A stretch of 19,196 bases of DNA from Campylobacterota bacterium (GCA_034661055.1 JAYEKO010000030.1:1-19196); one strand, 5' to 3'; shown: positions 8,669-16,972, numbered from the stretch's first letter. Notes: a model not told the origin generated them from the letters alone. Numbers and translations: made by a program.

Positions 8669-11539
8669 CTACTCCGGCATACAACTTCCAACATATTCAT
8701 CATTCTCATAAAGAGTACATCTAACCAACGTCCCATCTTCTGTAAACGTTTTAATCTCTCCATGTCTGTCATTATAATTACATGGATAAAGCACATTTAT
8801 AGCTCCAGATTCATAATACCATGTCTCTGTACCGTGAACTTCTCCATAAACCATAGGAACGGTCTTATGAATGTTTCTACTGTCATAATAATATCTTCCC
8901 AATCCATGCATGTCTCCATCAACTATAGGGAATTCTGAAGCTAACAACTGTGGCGCATCAAAATCATAGTAGCATCGTATATAATTATCATCATCTAAAA
9001 TATTAACCAGATTTGTATAACCGTCCTTCTCAATGTCTAGAGCAGGCACATACACGTAGGGGCATCCATAGCTTGTCGTCTCATCTGACGTCGCTTTTGA
9101 AAGTTCAAAACCACCATAAATATCCCATGTCGATACCGTTGAACTTTCAGTGAGTTTAATTGAGACCGCACATTCACTAACCTCTGCACCTAAGTTTTGT
9201 ACTAAAGAGTCTAAACTCAGTGTTATACTAAGTTTCTCCTCCCCATAAGCACCAACACTAATACTCTCACTTGCAGTGACTTTATTGGATGTATTTGATT
9301 TCTCATAAACCTCGACACTCACAAATGCACTACCACTAGAGCTACCACTATTGTAGACAGGAAGTTGTAAAACAAGATCACTCACATTTTCTCTAAACAC
9401 TGTTTCAGGATAGGGTTGCACTTCACTTGTAGACCAAAGATACCCTTTAGATACAGACGTTGTAAACTGTAAATAGTATCGGACTGAATTAAATTTATCT
9501 GTTTTTTGACCTTCAAAATAAAATTTTCCTAGTTGACCATGAGTAGGAAGTCCTAAAGTAAACTTTGAGTTGGTGCTAGATGGTGTGGTATCACTCCAAA
9601 AAAGTGTTACCGCTTCGGTTGGCAGCCACTGGTTAATCTGCATATCATCCCAGAGCATTTTTGAGTACATCGCTTTTGGGGGAACATTTCTAGAATCATG
9701 CATTACAAATGACAAGGTGCCTTTTGAATCATATTCATAGCCTACAATTAATACTGCATGCGTGATTCTATTTTTTGGATTTGCAACTGAGGCAAACGTA
9801 CCGCTATAAATAAGTGGGTGCCCTTTATCGAGTTCTGCAATCATCTTCTTACGCATACTAGACCACAAGAAATAGTTTTTATAATTTACATCAAGAATTT
9901 TTGCTAAAGATGCTCCCTTATAAAACCCATTAAAACCATCATTGATACCTATTTTAAGCACTCCCATCAACTTATGAACAGAGTCTGTATTGAGATGTGC
10001 TTTTGATGCGGTAGACACTCCATGAGTCAGCATCTTACCTGAGGCTGCCCAACAGCTATTACCCGGCTGTTCATAGTAGGGCATGGAAATCAATTTACTC
10101 TTAGTAGTAGACGATGCAGCCGCTTTTTTCTTCATAAGCAGTATATAATGCTTTTGCCCACTACTGGCTCTAAGGCTTCTTCCAGCAGGTGACAAGGTAG
10201 TAAAAGTCCAATTATTTGTCAATGAAAATGTTGCTCTCTTACTACTGCTACTATACGCCACTATAAGTGTTTTCATGGCGCCATCTTCTCGTATATATAC
10301 AGCATGTAGATCATCTGCGCTACTAATACTTGATAGTGTTACAGGCATTGAAAAATTAACACTTCCTAGCTCCTGATCACTCGTAAAGAGATAGCTTTGC
10401 ATCTCTTCATCAACTTCTGCTGAAGGGTCATCGGCTATAAAGTCAACTGCTGTTGTTTTTGTTGTGCTTCCAGCAGGAATAGTAGCACTTTCACCACCAG
10501 GCAGTGTTACCTCTCCACCACTTGGTCCTACTGTACCGTCAAATGAACCTGTAGAGCTTGCACCAAAAGTAATAGTTTTCTTATCACTTGAGACTGAGTA
10601 CTCAATATCTATCTTTTGTGAATAGGCAAAGTTTCCTGTTGCGGTGACCCCTTCAAGTTTATAAACTGCATCAAAGCCATTACCAACCAAAATCCAGTCA
10701 AATTTTCCATTTCTATCACCATCCCAGTCATCTAAATAAGCCATATACCATGCCGGTTCATCCGGATTTACATACACCTCTTTCCATCCAAAAGCATCAT
10801 TGGCTGAAGGAGAATTTCCTTGAAGTTGATAGACCTTACCTTGAGGTGTTACAAACGCCCAATCAAATGCTGTATCGACTCCTGCAAAATCATATGATGC
10901 AAAGCTTCCTGATACACTGTAAGTTTTTGTACTTAGAAGTCTGTTTTTTAAAGTGCTAAGGTTACTATTTAAGATATCTGATGATGAAGAGCTACTACCT
11001 TCTTTACGACCAACAAAAGGGTTCGTGTATCCCGCAAGGTAATCCATGTCAATTTGATCCATTGTTGCCGTAGCGTAAACCCCCTCAATAGTGGTGGAGT
11101 TTTTTAGATTAAAGAAGTACCAGTTATACATATCAAATTCAGCAGTATCTCCTTCATATTCTAAACTCAGACAATCATAGTCTTCACTCATTACCTCAAA
11201 GCCTGTGCCTTTATAAGCACAGATAAAAGTTTTTCCACTAGAGTAGCCATCCATACTATCAGTACCATAGAGATAGTATGCTCCATCATACTCCTTAACT
11301 TCAGTTAAATTAAGATAGTTATCAAGCGGATTTCCGTAAAAGTCCGTAGTAACTTTCCATTTTCCAAGTAATTTATTGAGTTCGCTCTGTTGTGAACGAA
11401 GAAGAGGTGTCTGGTTTAAAATCTGTTGTTGCGGCTGTTCCTGCTTTAGTAAGATTTTCATATCTTGTAGTGCTTTACCACTTAAGGCAGCAGATACAGC
11501 GGTACACATAAAAGCAAGAGCAATAACTAACTTTAACAT
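8669..11539 (-). CDS. Large secreted mosaic protein: shared module, ZU5-like domain, C39/papain-like cysteine peptidase, Ig-like domain, C-terminal MORN-variant repeats
   Basis: Signal peptide MLKLVIALAFMCTAVSA; GTVGPSGGEVTLPGGESATIPAG (ZU5-like); MPYYEQPGNSCWAAS..ELDKGHPLI..HAVLIVGY..VMHDS (Q491/C496/H594/D615); HGTETWYYESG (MORN_2). SD AAGGAG. Confidence 0.85.
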   Translation of the reverse strand: MLKLVIALAFMCTAVSAALSGKALQDMKILLKQEQPQQQILNQTPLLRSQQSELNKLLGKWKVTTDFYGNPLDNYLNLTEVKEYDGAYYLYGTDSMDGYSSGKTFICAYKGTGFEVMSEDYDCLSLEYEGDTAEFDMYNWYFFNLKNSTTIEGVYATATMDQIDMDYLAGYTNPFVGRKEGSSSSSSDILNSNLSTLKNRLLSTKTYSVSGSFASYDFAGVDTAFDWAFVTPQGKVYQLQGNSPSANDAFGWKEVYVNPDEPAWYMAYLDDWDGDRNGKFDWILVGNGFDAVYKLEGVTATGNFAYSQKIDIEYSVSSDKKTITFGASSTGSFDGTVGPSGGEVTLPGGESATIPAGSTTKTTAVDFIADDPSAEVDEEMQSYLFTSDQELGSVNFSMPVTLSSISSADDLHAVYIREDGAMKTLIVAYSSSSKRATFSLTNNWTFTTLSPAGRSLRASSGQKHYILLMKKKAAASSTTKSKLISMPYYEQPGNSCWAASGKMLTHGVSTASKAHLNTDSVHKLMGVLKIGINDGFNGFYKGASLAKILDVNYKNYFLWSSMRKKMIAELDKGHPLIYSGTFASVANPKNRITHAVLIVGYEYDSKGTLSFVMHDSRNVPPKAMYSKMLWDDMQINQWLPTEAVTLFWSDTTPSSTNSKFTLGLPTHGQLGKFYFEGQKTDKFNSVRYYLQFTTSVSKGYLWSTSEVQPYPETVFRENVSDLVLQLPVYNSGSSSGSAFVSVEVYEKSNTSNKVTASESISVGAYGEEKLSITLSLDSLVQNLGAEVSECAVSIKLTESSTVSTWDIYGGFELSKATSDETTSYGCPYVYVPALDIEKDGYTNLVNILDDDNYIRCYYDFDAPQLLASEFPIVDGDMHGLGRYYYDSRNIHKTVPMVYGEVHGTETWYYESGAINVLYPCNYNDRHGEIKTFTEDGTLVRCTLYENDEYVGSCMPE
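10562..10978 (-). repeat. Shared module, copy 2 (aa 188-326 of the 956-aa protein)
   Basis: 117 of 139 aa identical to copy 1 by manual comparison; the last 46 aa are identical. Confidence 0.95.
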
Positions 11540-11611
11540 AATAAACTCCTTATTTAAAGTTTCATCTTGCTTAAATTGTACTCCTTATACTTATAATAAC
11601 TCCTTAAAATA

Positions 11612-12559
11612 CTAAACAGCTTGCAGCAAGTTCTTTAAATCTGTTGTCTCAAGCTTTCGTCCAGCCTGTTTATCATGTTTGGCAAAATCAATTTGTGTCA
11701 TTAAGCCCCCTGTGCCATTTTTATTTAAATACATACCGTTGGAGCGAATTCGTCCGAGTGTCTCATTCTCGCTGTTTTTAATTTCAAATGGGTTACCTGT
11801 GTAACCCAAATAGAGTGCACCAATTCCTAATTCACCTAGAGCTACTAAACGATTTTCATCTTCGTTATTAATCCAAATACGAAGTTTTTCTAAAATAGGA
11901 TCATTTTCATCAATCCAGCTATTATTATCACTGTCATATTTTGCTAAATCTACAAAACCGTTCCCATTTTTTGTGCCAAAAAGTTCACTGCCATCATCTA
12001 TTTTGTTATTACCGTTGCTATCGAGTGCTAAAAATCCATTACCCTGCTTAAGAAGTGACAGCTGATCAGACGTTCCGTCACAATCTATGTCAAAAGAGAA
12101 ACACTCATCTGACAAGTCAGGCAGCGTATCATCAAAGTTAACTACAAGAGGATCATAAAATTCTCCACGTGTAATCTGATGTTGTTGAACAAAAGTGTGT
12201 GAAAATGAAACATTCATGCTAATTTGTACATTTTGTGAAGCAGTTTGAATACAAGCATTCATGTTCACATCGAGAGACTCATGTTCTATACGCTCTTCGT
12301 AAAAGCTAATTTTTCGCTTTTCAAACTGCTGAACATCCAACTGATTAAAGTGATGCTTCCGTGACTCTAACGAGGCAATCAACTGCTCTATTAGCTCAAA
12401 TTCAAGACGTTTAAAGAGTTCCATCTCCCTATTTACAGCTTCTATTTCTTCACTGCGTTTAATAGCTTCACCTTCAAGTTCCTCCACAAAACTTCTACTT
12501 ACGATAGAGGTTTCAGTATGCTCAGAGTGCATTTGCATTGTAAAATTTTCTATTTTCAT
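11612..12559 (-). CDS. Conserved hypothetical protein with a C-terminal DxDxDG Ca-binding (VCBS/EF-hand-like) domain; no signal peptide
   Basis: DPLVVNFD..FSFDIDCDG..GFLALDSNGNNKIDDGSELFG..GFVDLAKYDSDNNSWIDENDPI..LRIW pattern; SD AAGGAG at 12565-12570. Confidence 0.75.
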   Translation of the reverse strand: MKIENFTMQMHSEHTETSIVSRSFVEELEGEAIKRSEEIEAVNREMELFKRLEFELIEQLIASLESRKHHFNQLDVQQFEKRKISFYEERIEHESLDVNMNACIQTASQNVQISMNVSFSHTFVQQHQITRGEFYDPLVVNFDDTLPDLSDECFSFDIDCDGTSDQLSLLKQGNGFLALDSNGNNKIDDGSELFGTKNGNGFVDLAKYDSDNNSWIDENDPILEKLRIWINNEDENRLVALGELGIGALYLGYTGNPFEIKNSENETLGRIRSNGMYLNKNGTGGLMTQIDFAKHDKQAGRKLETTDLKNLLQAV

Positions 12560-12573
12560 AACGACTCCTTTAG

Positions 12574-12587
12574 ATTTACATGTAAAT
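12574..12587. repeat. Palindrome ATTTACATGTAAAT (recurrent motif)
   Basis: Perfect 14-bp inverted repeat; the 12-bp core also occurs at 1315-1326 and 14176-14187. Confidence 0.85.
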
Positions 12588-12605
12588 AAGCAAAAGCTAT
12601 TCCTT
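12588..12605 (-). promoter_or_regulatory. sigma54 (-24/-12) promoter for the 315-aa gene
   Basis: Minus strand AAGGAATAGCTTTTGCTT has GG-N10-GC and the TTGCTT typical of Campylobacterota RpoN promoters, about 30 nt upstream of the ATG. Confidence 0.7.
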
Positions 12606-12632
12606 GCGAGAATAGTACATTTGTTATATAAT
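12604..12632 (+). promoter_or_regulatory. sigma70 promoter for parA-parB
   Basis: TTGCGA (12604-12609), 17-nt spacer, TATAAT (12627-12632). Confidence 0.65.
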
Positions 12633-12669
12633 CTTTAGCAATAAATCACACTAACCAAGGATGATGTGC

Positions 12670-13719
12670 ATGGAGATTCTCAAACTCGCCGAAACTGCCA
12701 AACTACTACACTTAACATCTGATAAGACCAAAGAACTACTAAACAGTAATACTATTCCAAATATTACTAAAAGCTCAAAGTCTCGTGACACCTATCATGT
12801 ACCTCAACTTTTAGTTGACTACGCTGTAAAAATGCTAGATATGAATAGAGCTAAAGAGTTTAAAAAGTTTCAAGAAGATGAAAATACCATTAAACGTTTT
12901 AAAAACAGAGATGGTGTACAGGTTATCTCTTTTTCAAACTTAAAAGGTGGGGTTGGCAAGACCTCTATTGCCGCAAACTTTGCTTACAATATGGCCCTAC
13001 TAAACAAACGTGTTTTGCTGGTAGATATGGACTCTCAAGCAAACAGTTCACGCTACTTTGCCAACCGTTACTTTACTGGAGAGAGCATTAAAAATCTTTT
13101 TGATAAGATGACTAGAAAAGAGACCATAGATGCACAGAGTGTTAAAGAGCACATTACATCAATTGAGTTTGAGAACGCCTCTTTAGACTTACTGCCAAGT
13201 GAACTATCACTAGGACGTATTGTTGAGTTTAGCCGCTCAGTCTTTACCATGCCACATAAAAAACTAAACGACATCTTAAAACTTGTAAAAGATGACTACG
13301 ACTTCATTGTCATCGATACACCACCATCAACAGGACTCTCACTACATATGGCACTTTTTGCAAGTGACATGGTCAGTATTGTCACCGATGCTGAAGACTT
13401 TAGTGTTAATGGCTTAAGTGAACTCAACATGGAGATTAAAGAGATTGTAGATGAGACAGACCATATGGTTAAAGTTGACTCTATCTTCATCAATAAAGTC
13501 AAAAAAAGCAACATTCACGGTGTCTATATTGAAGCTATTGCCAACCTTGCTGTCTCAGAAGGCATCAATAATGTCTTTGTGGTTAAAGACTCTACCCGTT
13601 TTAAAGAGTCACAAAGTCTTCACATTCCACTCATTGAATATAAAAAAGAGTTAGAGAAAAAACTTACAATTGCAGACAGTCTTTTGAGCTATGCAGTTGA
13701 AAAAGCACTGGAGGCGTAA
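12670..13719 (+). CDS. parA: ParA-family ATPase with an N-terminal extension (type Ia-like, possible HTH)
   Basis: Deviant Walker A KGGVGKTS, A' LLVDMDSQAN, Walker B DFIVIDTPPS; about 80-aa N-terminal extension (LAETAKLLHLTSDKTKELL). Start 12670 preferred over 12661 because AAGGA lies at 12657-12661. Confidence 0.9.
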   Translation: MEILKLAETAKLLHLTSDKTKELLNSNTIPNITKSSKSRDTYHVPQLLVDYAVKMLDMNRAKEFKKFQEDENTIKRFKNRDGVQVISFSNLKGGVGKTSIAANFAYNMALLNKRVLLVDMDSQANSSRYFANRYFTGESIKNLFDKMTRKETIDAQSVKEHITSIEFENASLDLLPSELSLGRIVEFSRSVFTMPHKKLNDILKLVKDDYDFIVIDTPPSTGLSLHMALFASDMVSIVTDAEDFSVNGLSELNMEIKEIVDETDHMVKVDSIFINKVKKSNIHGVYIEAIANLAVSEGINNVFVVKDSTRFKESQSLHIPLIEYKKELEKKLTIADSLLSYAVEKALEA

Positions 13720-13720
13720 C

Positions 13721-14407
13721 ATGGCAAAGCTAAATTTAGATGAGTTTAAAAGTAGTGCAAATAGTGCTTTAGAAAGACAAGAGACTCAGGGGATTTTTAA
13801 AGAGCATCATGATGTACATGAAAGCGTCAATCTTAGTGACTTAGTGTGCAATGTCACTATTAGACTATTAAAAACTGACATTAAAGCACTCAAGCACTCA
13901 ATTGAGACACTCGGACAAATTGAACCAATTATTGTACGCAAAGTAGGCGAAAAATATGAGGTGCTTAACGGTAACCGTCGCATTGCAGTTGCTAAGGCCT
14001 TGGGTTTTGCTGATATCTCTGCAGACATTATCGAAGCAAGTGATGAAGATGCTCTTATTCTTCCTTACCTACTTAACTCACATGAAGGTTTTGATGTCAT
14101 TGAGATTGCGCAGTATTTAAAGGCCTTAAGAGATACTAACGGCATGAGTGAAAAAAGTATTTTGGAAAAAACAGGTTTACATGTAAATAAGTACACTGAT
14201 ATTTTTTATGATACTAAAGGTGATGCACTTAAAGAGTTTAACACCTACTTTGATGCGCTTCTTAAAAAACATTTTAAAATCAAAGATGGTGCTTACAATA
14301 TTGAGATGAACGGTATTAGTCTAAAAATTGGAATTGACACAGACACAGCAGATAAACTGACACAAGCGGAAGTCTATAGACTAATTTACAAATTGAGCAA
14401 TCTTTAA
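13721..14407 (+). CDS. parB: ParB/Srx N-terminal domain protein with probable HTH (short, divergent ParB)
   Basis: LKHSIETLGQIEPIIVR (box I), YEVLNGNRRIAVA (box II), DVIEIAQYLKAL..GMSEKSILEKTG. Start at MAKL (13721) with GGAGG SD, 1 nt after the parA stop. Confidence 0.8.
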   Translation: MAKLNLDEFKSSANSALERQETQGIFKEHHDVHESVNLSDLVCNVTIRLLKTDIKALKHSIETLGQIEPIIVRKVGEKYEVLNGNRRIAVAKALGFADISADIIEASDEDALILPYLLNSHEGFDVIEIAQYLKALRDTNGMSEKSILEKTGLHVNKYTDIFYDTKGDALKEFNTYFDALLKKHFKIKDGAYNIEMNGISLKIGIDTDTADKLTQAEVYRLIYKLSNL

Positions 14408-14437
14408 AAGGTTGCCAAGTCCAATTAAAAGAGTTAC

Positions 14438-16972
14438 ATGTATTTTTTAAAACTTCTTCTTTTGTGTTCTCTTTTTCTTATCCTGCACGCAGACAGCACA
14501 AAGCTTGAACCAGTAACATTACAACTACAGTGGAAGCACCAATTTGAGTTTGCCGGCTTCTATGCTGCTAAAGAGATGGGGTTCTATGAAGATATTGGAC
14601 TCGATGTTGAATTTTTAGAGTTTAAAGAAAACACTAGTATTGTTGATGAAGTATTAAGCTCAAACGCAGACTATGGCCTCTCTTACTCATCAATAATTGC
14701 AGATTATCTCAATGGTAAACCCATTATTATGCTAGCAAATTTTTTTAAGCAGTCACCTCTAGTTCTCATTGTACAAGAAGATATTAAAACGCTATATGAT
14801 CTTAAAAATAAAAAAGTCATGGGTCTAGCCAACAATATTCACAACATTACACTCTACACTATGCTCAGTAAGTTTGGAATTACTGGAGATAATATTAAGA
14901 CAACCCCTCCCTCTTTTAGTATTAAAGAGTTTCGTAACAAAGAGGTAGATGCTATGAGTGCCTTTATTACGAATGAGCCTCATGAACTTAATGAAGCGGG
15001 TGTGAAATATAATATTTTTGATCCTCTGGCCTATGGTTCAAAATATTATGATGCCAATCTCTTTACAAGCGAAGAAGAGCTAAAGAATCATCCTCAAAGA
15101 GTTAGAAAATTCAGAGATGCTTCCATAAAAGGCTGGCACTACGCGCTCAAACATAAAAAGCAGGTCATTGAACTTATTAAACGTAAATATAATTCGCAAA
15201 ACAGAAGCAGAAAAGCCCTAGCCTTTGAAGCGCAACAGATAGAACATATTATGCTAACCAACGTCTATGATATTGGAAGTATTGACATCAACAGGCTAGA
15301 GACCATTGCCGACACCTTTAAAGATTCCGGCTTTATTCAACAAAAAACTTATAGGGATTTAAAAAACTTTGTCTATGACCTTCCCTCTAACGGTTTAAAA
15401 TTTAACCGTCATGAGCTTGCATTTTTAAAAGAGAGGCAAGCAGTTATTATGTGTATTGATCCCAACTGGATGCCTTTTGAATCAATTGTCAACAGTAAAT
15501 ATGTGGGAATAAACGCAGATTTTATTAAAAAAATTGAGACAAGACTAGGTATTCCTTTTAAAATTTTTAATACACAGACTTGGAGTGACTCTATTGAAGC
15601 TATCAAGCAGAAAAAATGTGATATTCTCTCGTTGGCGATGCCAACAGGTGAAAGAGAGCGTTACCTGCACTTCTCAACACCCTATATTGAATCCCCTCTT
15701 GTTATTGTCGCAAAAACAGATAAACATAATGTTCTCGACATTACTCTTTTAGAGAACAAAAAAATTGCAGTTGTTAAAGACTATACGCTTATCGATATTA
15801 TTAAAAATAGATATCCCAATTTGCATATTATAGAGGTAAACAGTGTTGAAGAGGGACTAAAAAAAGTAGCCAATAGTGATGTTTATGGTTTTGCAGGCAG
15901 CTCCGTTGCTATTGAGTACTACTTCCAACAAGGTGACTATGAAGCCCTTAAGACCATAGCTCATTTTGATGAGAAGCTCTCCTTAGGCTTAGCAGTACAA
16001 CGTGATAACAACATGCTTTTTTATATTTTACAAAAAGTGGTACTGACACTTACTAATGAAGAGAAAGAGTCCATTCTAAAAAAATGGCTTAACATAAAAT
16101 ATGAAAAAACTTTAGACTACACGCTAATTTTTCAACTTATGATGGTAATGCTATTTATAGTCACTATAGGTACAATTAGACATTTCACTATGAAAAAGCT
16201 TAATAAAAAGCTGACTAAGCAGATGCAAGCGGAACTGAAACACTCACAAGATAAAGACAAAATTATCTTTGATCAAAACAAACTCGCTGCTATGGGAGAG
16301 ATGATTGAAAATATTGCTCATCAATGGCGTCAACCACTCTCACAAATCAACTCTTCAGTACTAGTTCTTGATGGACTTCTTCAACAAAAAAATATTCAAG
16401 ATTCTGAAATAGAAGAGAAGCTTCAAGAGATTGAATCTCTTACACTTTACCTCTCCTCTACTATTGATGATTTTAAAAATTTTTTCTCCCCCACTAAGAA
16501 GAGAGAGGTCTTTAAACTCAGTGATATTCTCTTAAAGACTGTTGCTATTATTCAACCAACCCTAAAACATAATAATATCCTTCTGCAGCTTCCTTATGAT
16601 GACAACATCACCTCAATGGGCTACCCTAATGAACTGCAACAAGCTATTTTAGTGATTATTAATAACGCAAAAGATGTATTCTTAAGTAATGCGACAACAG
16701 ATGCAAAAATCACTATTACCACCAAACAGGAGCAGAAATATTTTACAATTTTTATATGCGATAACGCAGGAGGAATCAACAAAGATATTATCGATAAAAT
16801 ATTTGATTCTCGCTTTAGCACCAAACGTAGTAGTGAATCAATGGGTATTGGACTCTACATCTCTAAAATGATTATTGAGACCAGTATGAAAGGGAGTCTA
16901 AGTGTGTACAACAATAAAGAGGGAGCCTGTTTTACCATCAGGCTCCCTTATGACATTACCAAATCAATTTAA
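14438..16972 (+). CDS. Sensor histidine kinase with NMT1/THI5-like and amino-acid-type (family 3) periplasmic binding domains
   Basis: Signal peptide; LQLQWKHQFEFAGFYAAKEMGFY (NMT1-like); IDPNWMPFE..ERERYLHFSTPY (SBP family 3); one TM; H-box ENIAHQWRQPL, N-box IINNAKD, G1 DNAGGI, G2 GIGLYIS. Confidence 0.93.
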   Translation: MYFLKLLLLCSLFLILHADSTKLEPVTLQLQWKHQFEFAGFYAAKEMGFYEDIGLDVEFLEFKENTSIVDEVLSSNADYGLSYSSIIADYLNGKPIIMLANFFKQSPLVLIVQEDIKTLYDLKNKKVMGLANNIHNITLYTMLSKFGITGDNIKTTPPSFSIKEFRNKEVDAMSAFITNEPHELNEAGVKYNIFDPLAYGSKYYDANLFTSEEELKNHPQRVRKFRDASIKGWHYALKHKKQVIELIKRKYNSQNRSRKALAFEAQQIEHIMLTNVYDIGSIDINRLETIADTFKDSGFIQQKTYRDLKNFVYDLPSNGLKFNRHELAFLKERQAVIMCIDPNWMPFESIVNSKYVGINADFIKKIETRLGIPFKIFNTQTWSDSIEAIKQKKCDILSLAMPTGERERYLHFSTPYIESPLVIVAKTDKHNVLDITLLENKKIAVVKDYTLIDIIKNRYPNLHIIEVNSVEEGLKKVANSDVYGFAGSSVAIEYYFQQGDYEALKTIAHFDEKLSLGLAVQRDNNMLFYILQKVVLTLTNEEKESILKKWLNIKYEKTLDYTLIFQLMMVMLFIVTIGTIRHFTMKKLNKKLTKQMQAELKHSQDKDKIIFDQNKLAAMGEMIENIAHQWRQPLSQINSSVLVLDGLLQQKNIQDSEIEEKLQEIESLTLYLSSTIDDFKNFFSPTKKREVFKLSDILLKTVAIIQPTLKHNNILLQLPYDDNITSMGYPNELQQAILVIINNAKDVFLSNATTDAKITITTKQEQKYFTIFICDNAGGINKDIIDKIFDSRFSTKRSSESMGIGLYISKMIIETSMKGSLSVYNNKEGACFTIRLPYDITKSI

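Noticed and set aside
5014..9070. C-terminal MORN-variant regions as YwqK-type antitoxins of a toxin-antitoxin system
   Set aside because: That label is routinely transferred to any MORN_2 repeat; here the repeats are domains of large secreted proteins and no cognate toxin gene is visible.
7261..10978. Repeat pair as template and variable repeats of a diversity-generating retroelement
   Set aside because: No reverse transcriptase in the window, both copies are coding, and mismatches are mostly silent or mixed rather than adenine-specific.
1502..12544. Spaced variants TTTACAATGTACA (1502-1514) and TTTGCATTGTAAA (12532-12544), each one mismatch from Vibrio parS2
   Set aside because: Imperfect and plausible by chance in AT-rich DNA; not counted as motif copies.
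13691..13720. Longer parB start given in the ORF track
   Set aside because: It overlaps parA; the ATG at 13721 has a GGAGG SD at normal spacing.
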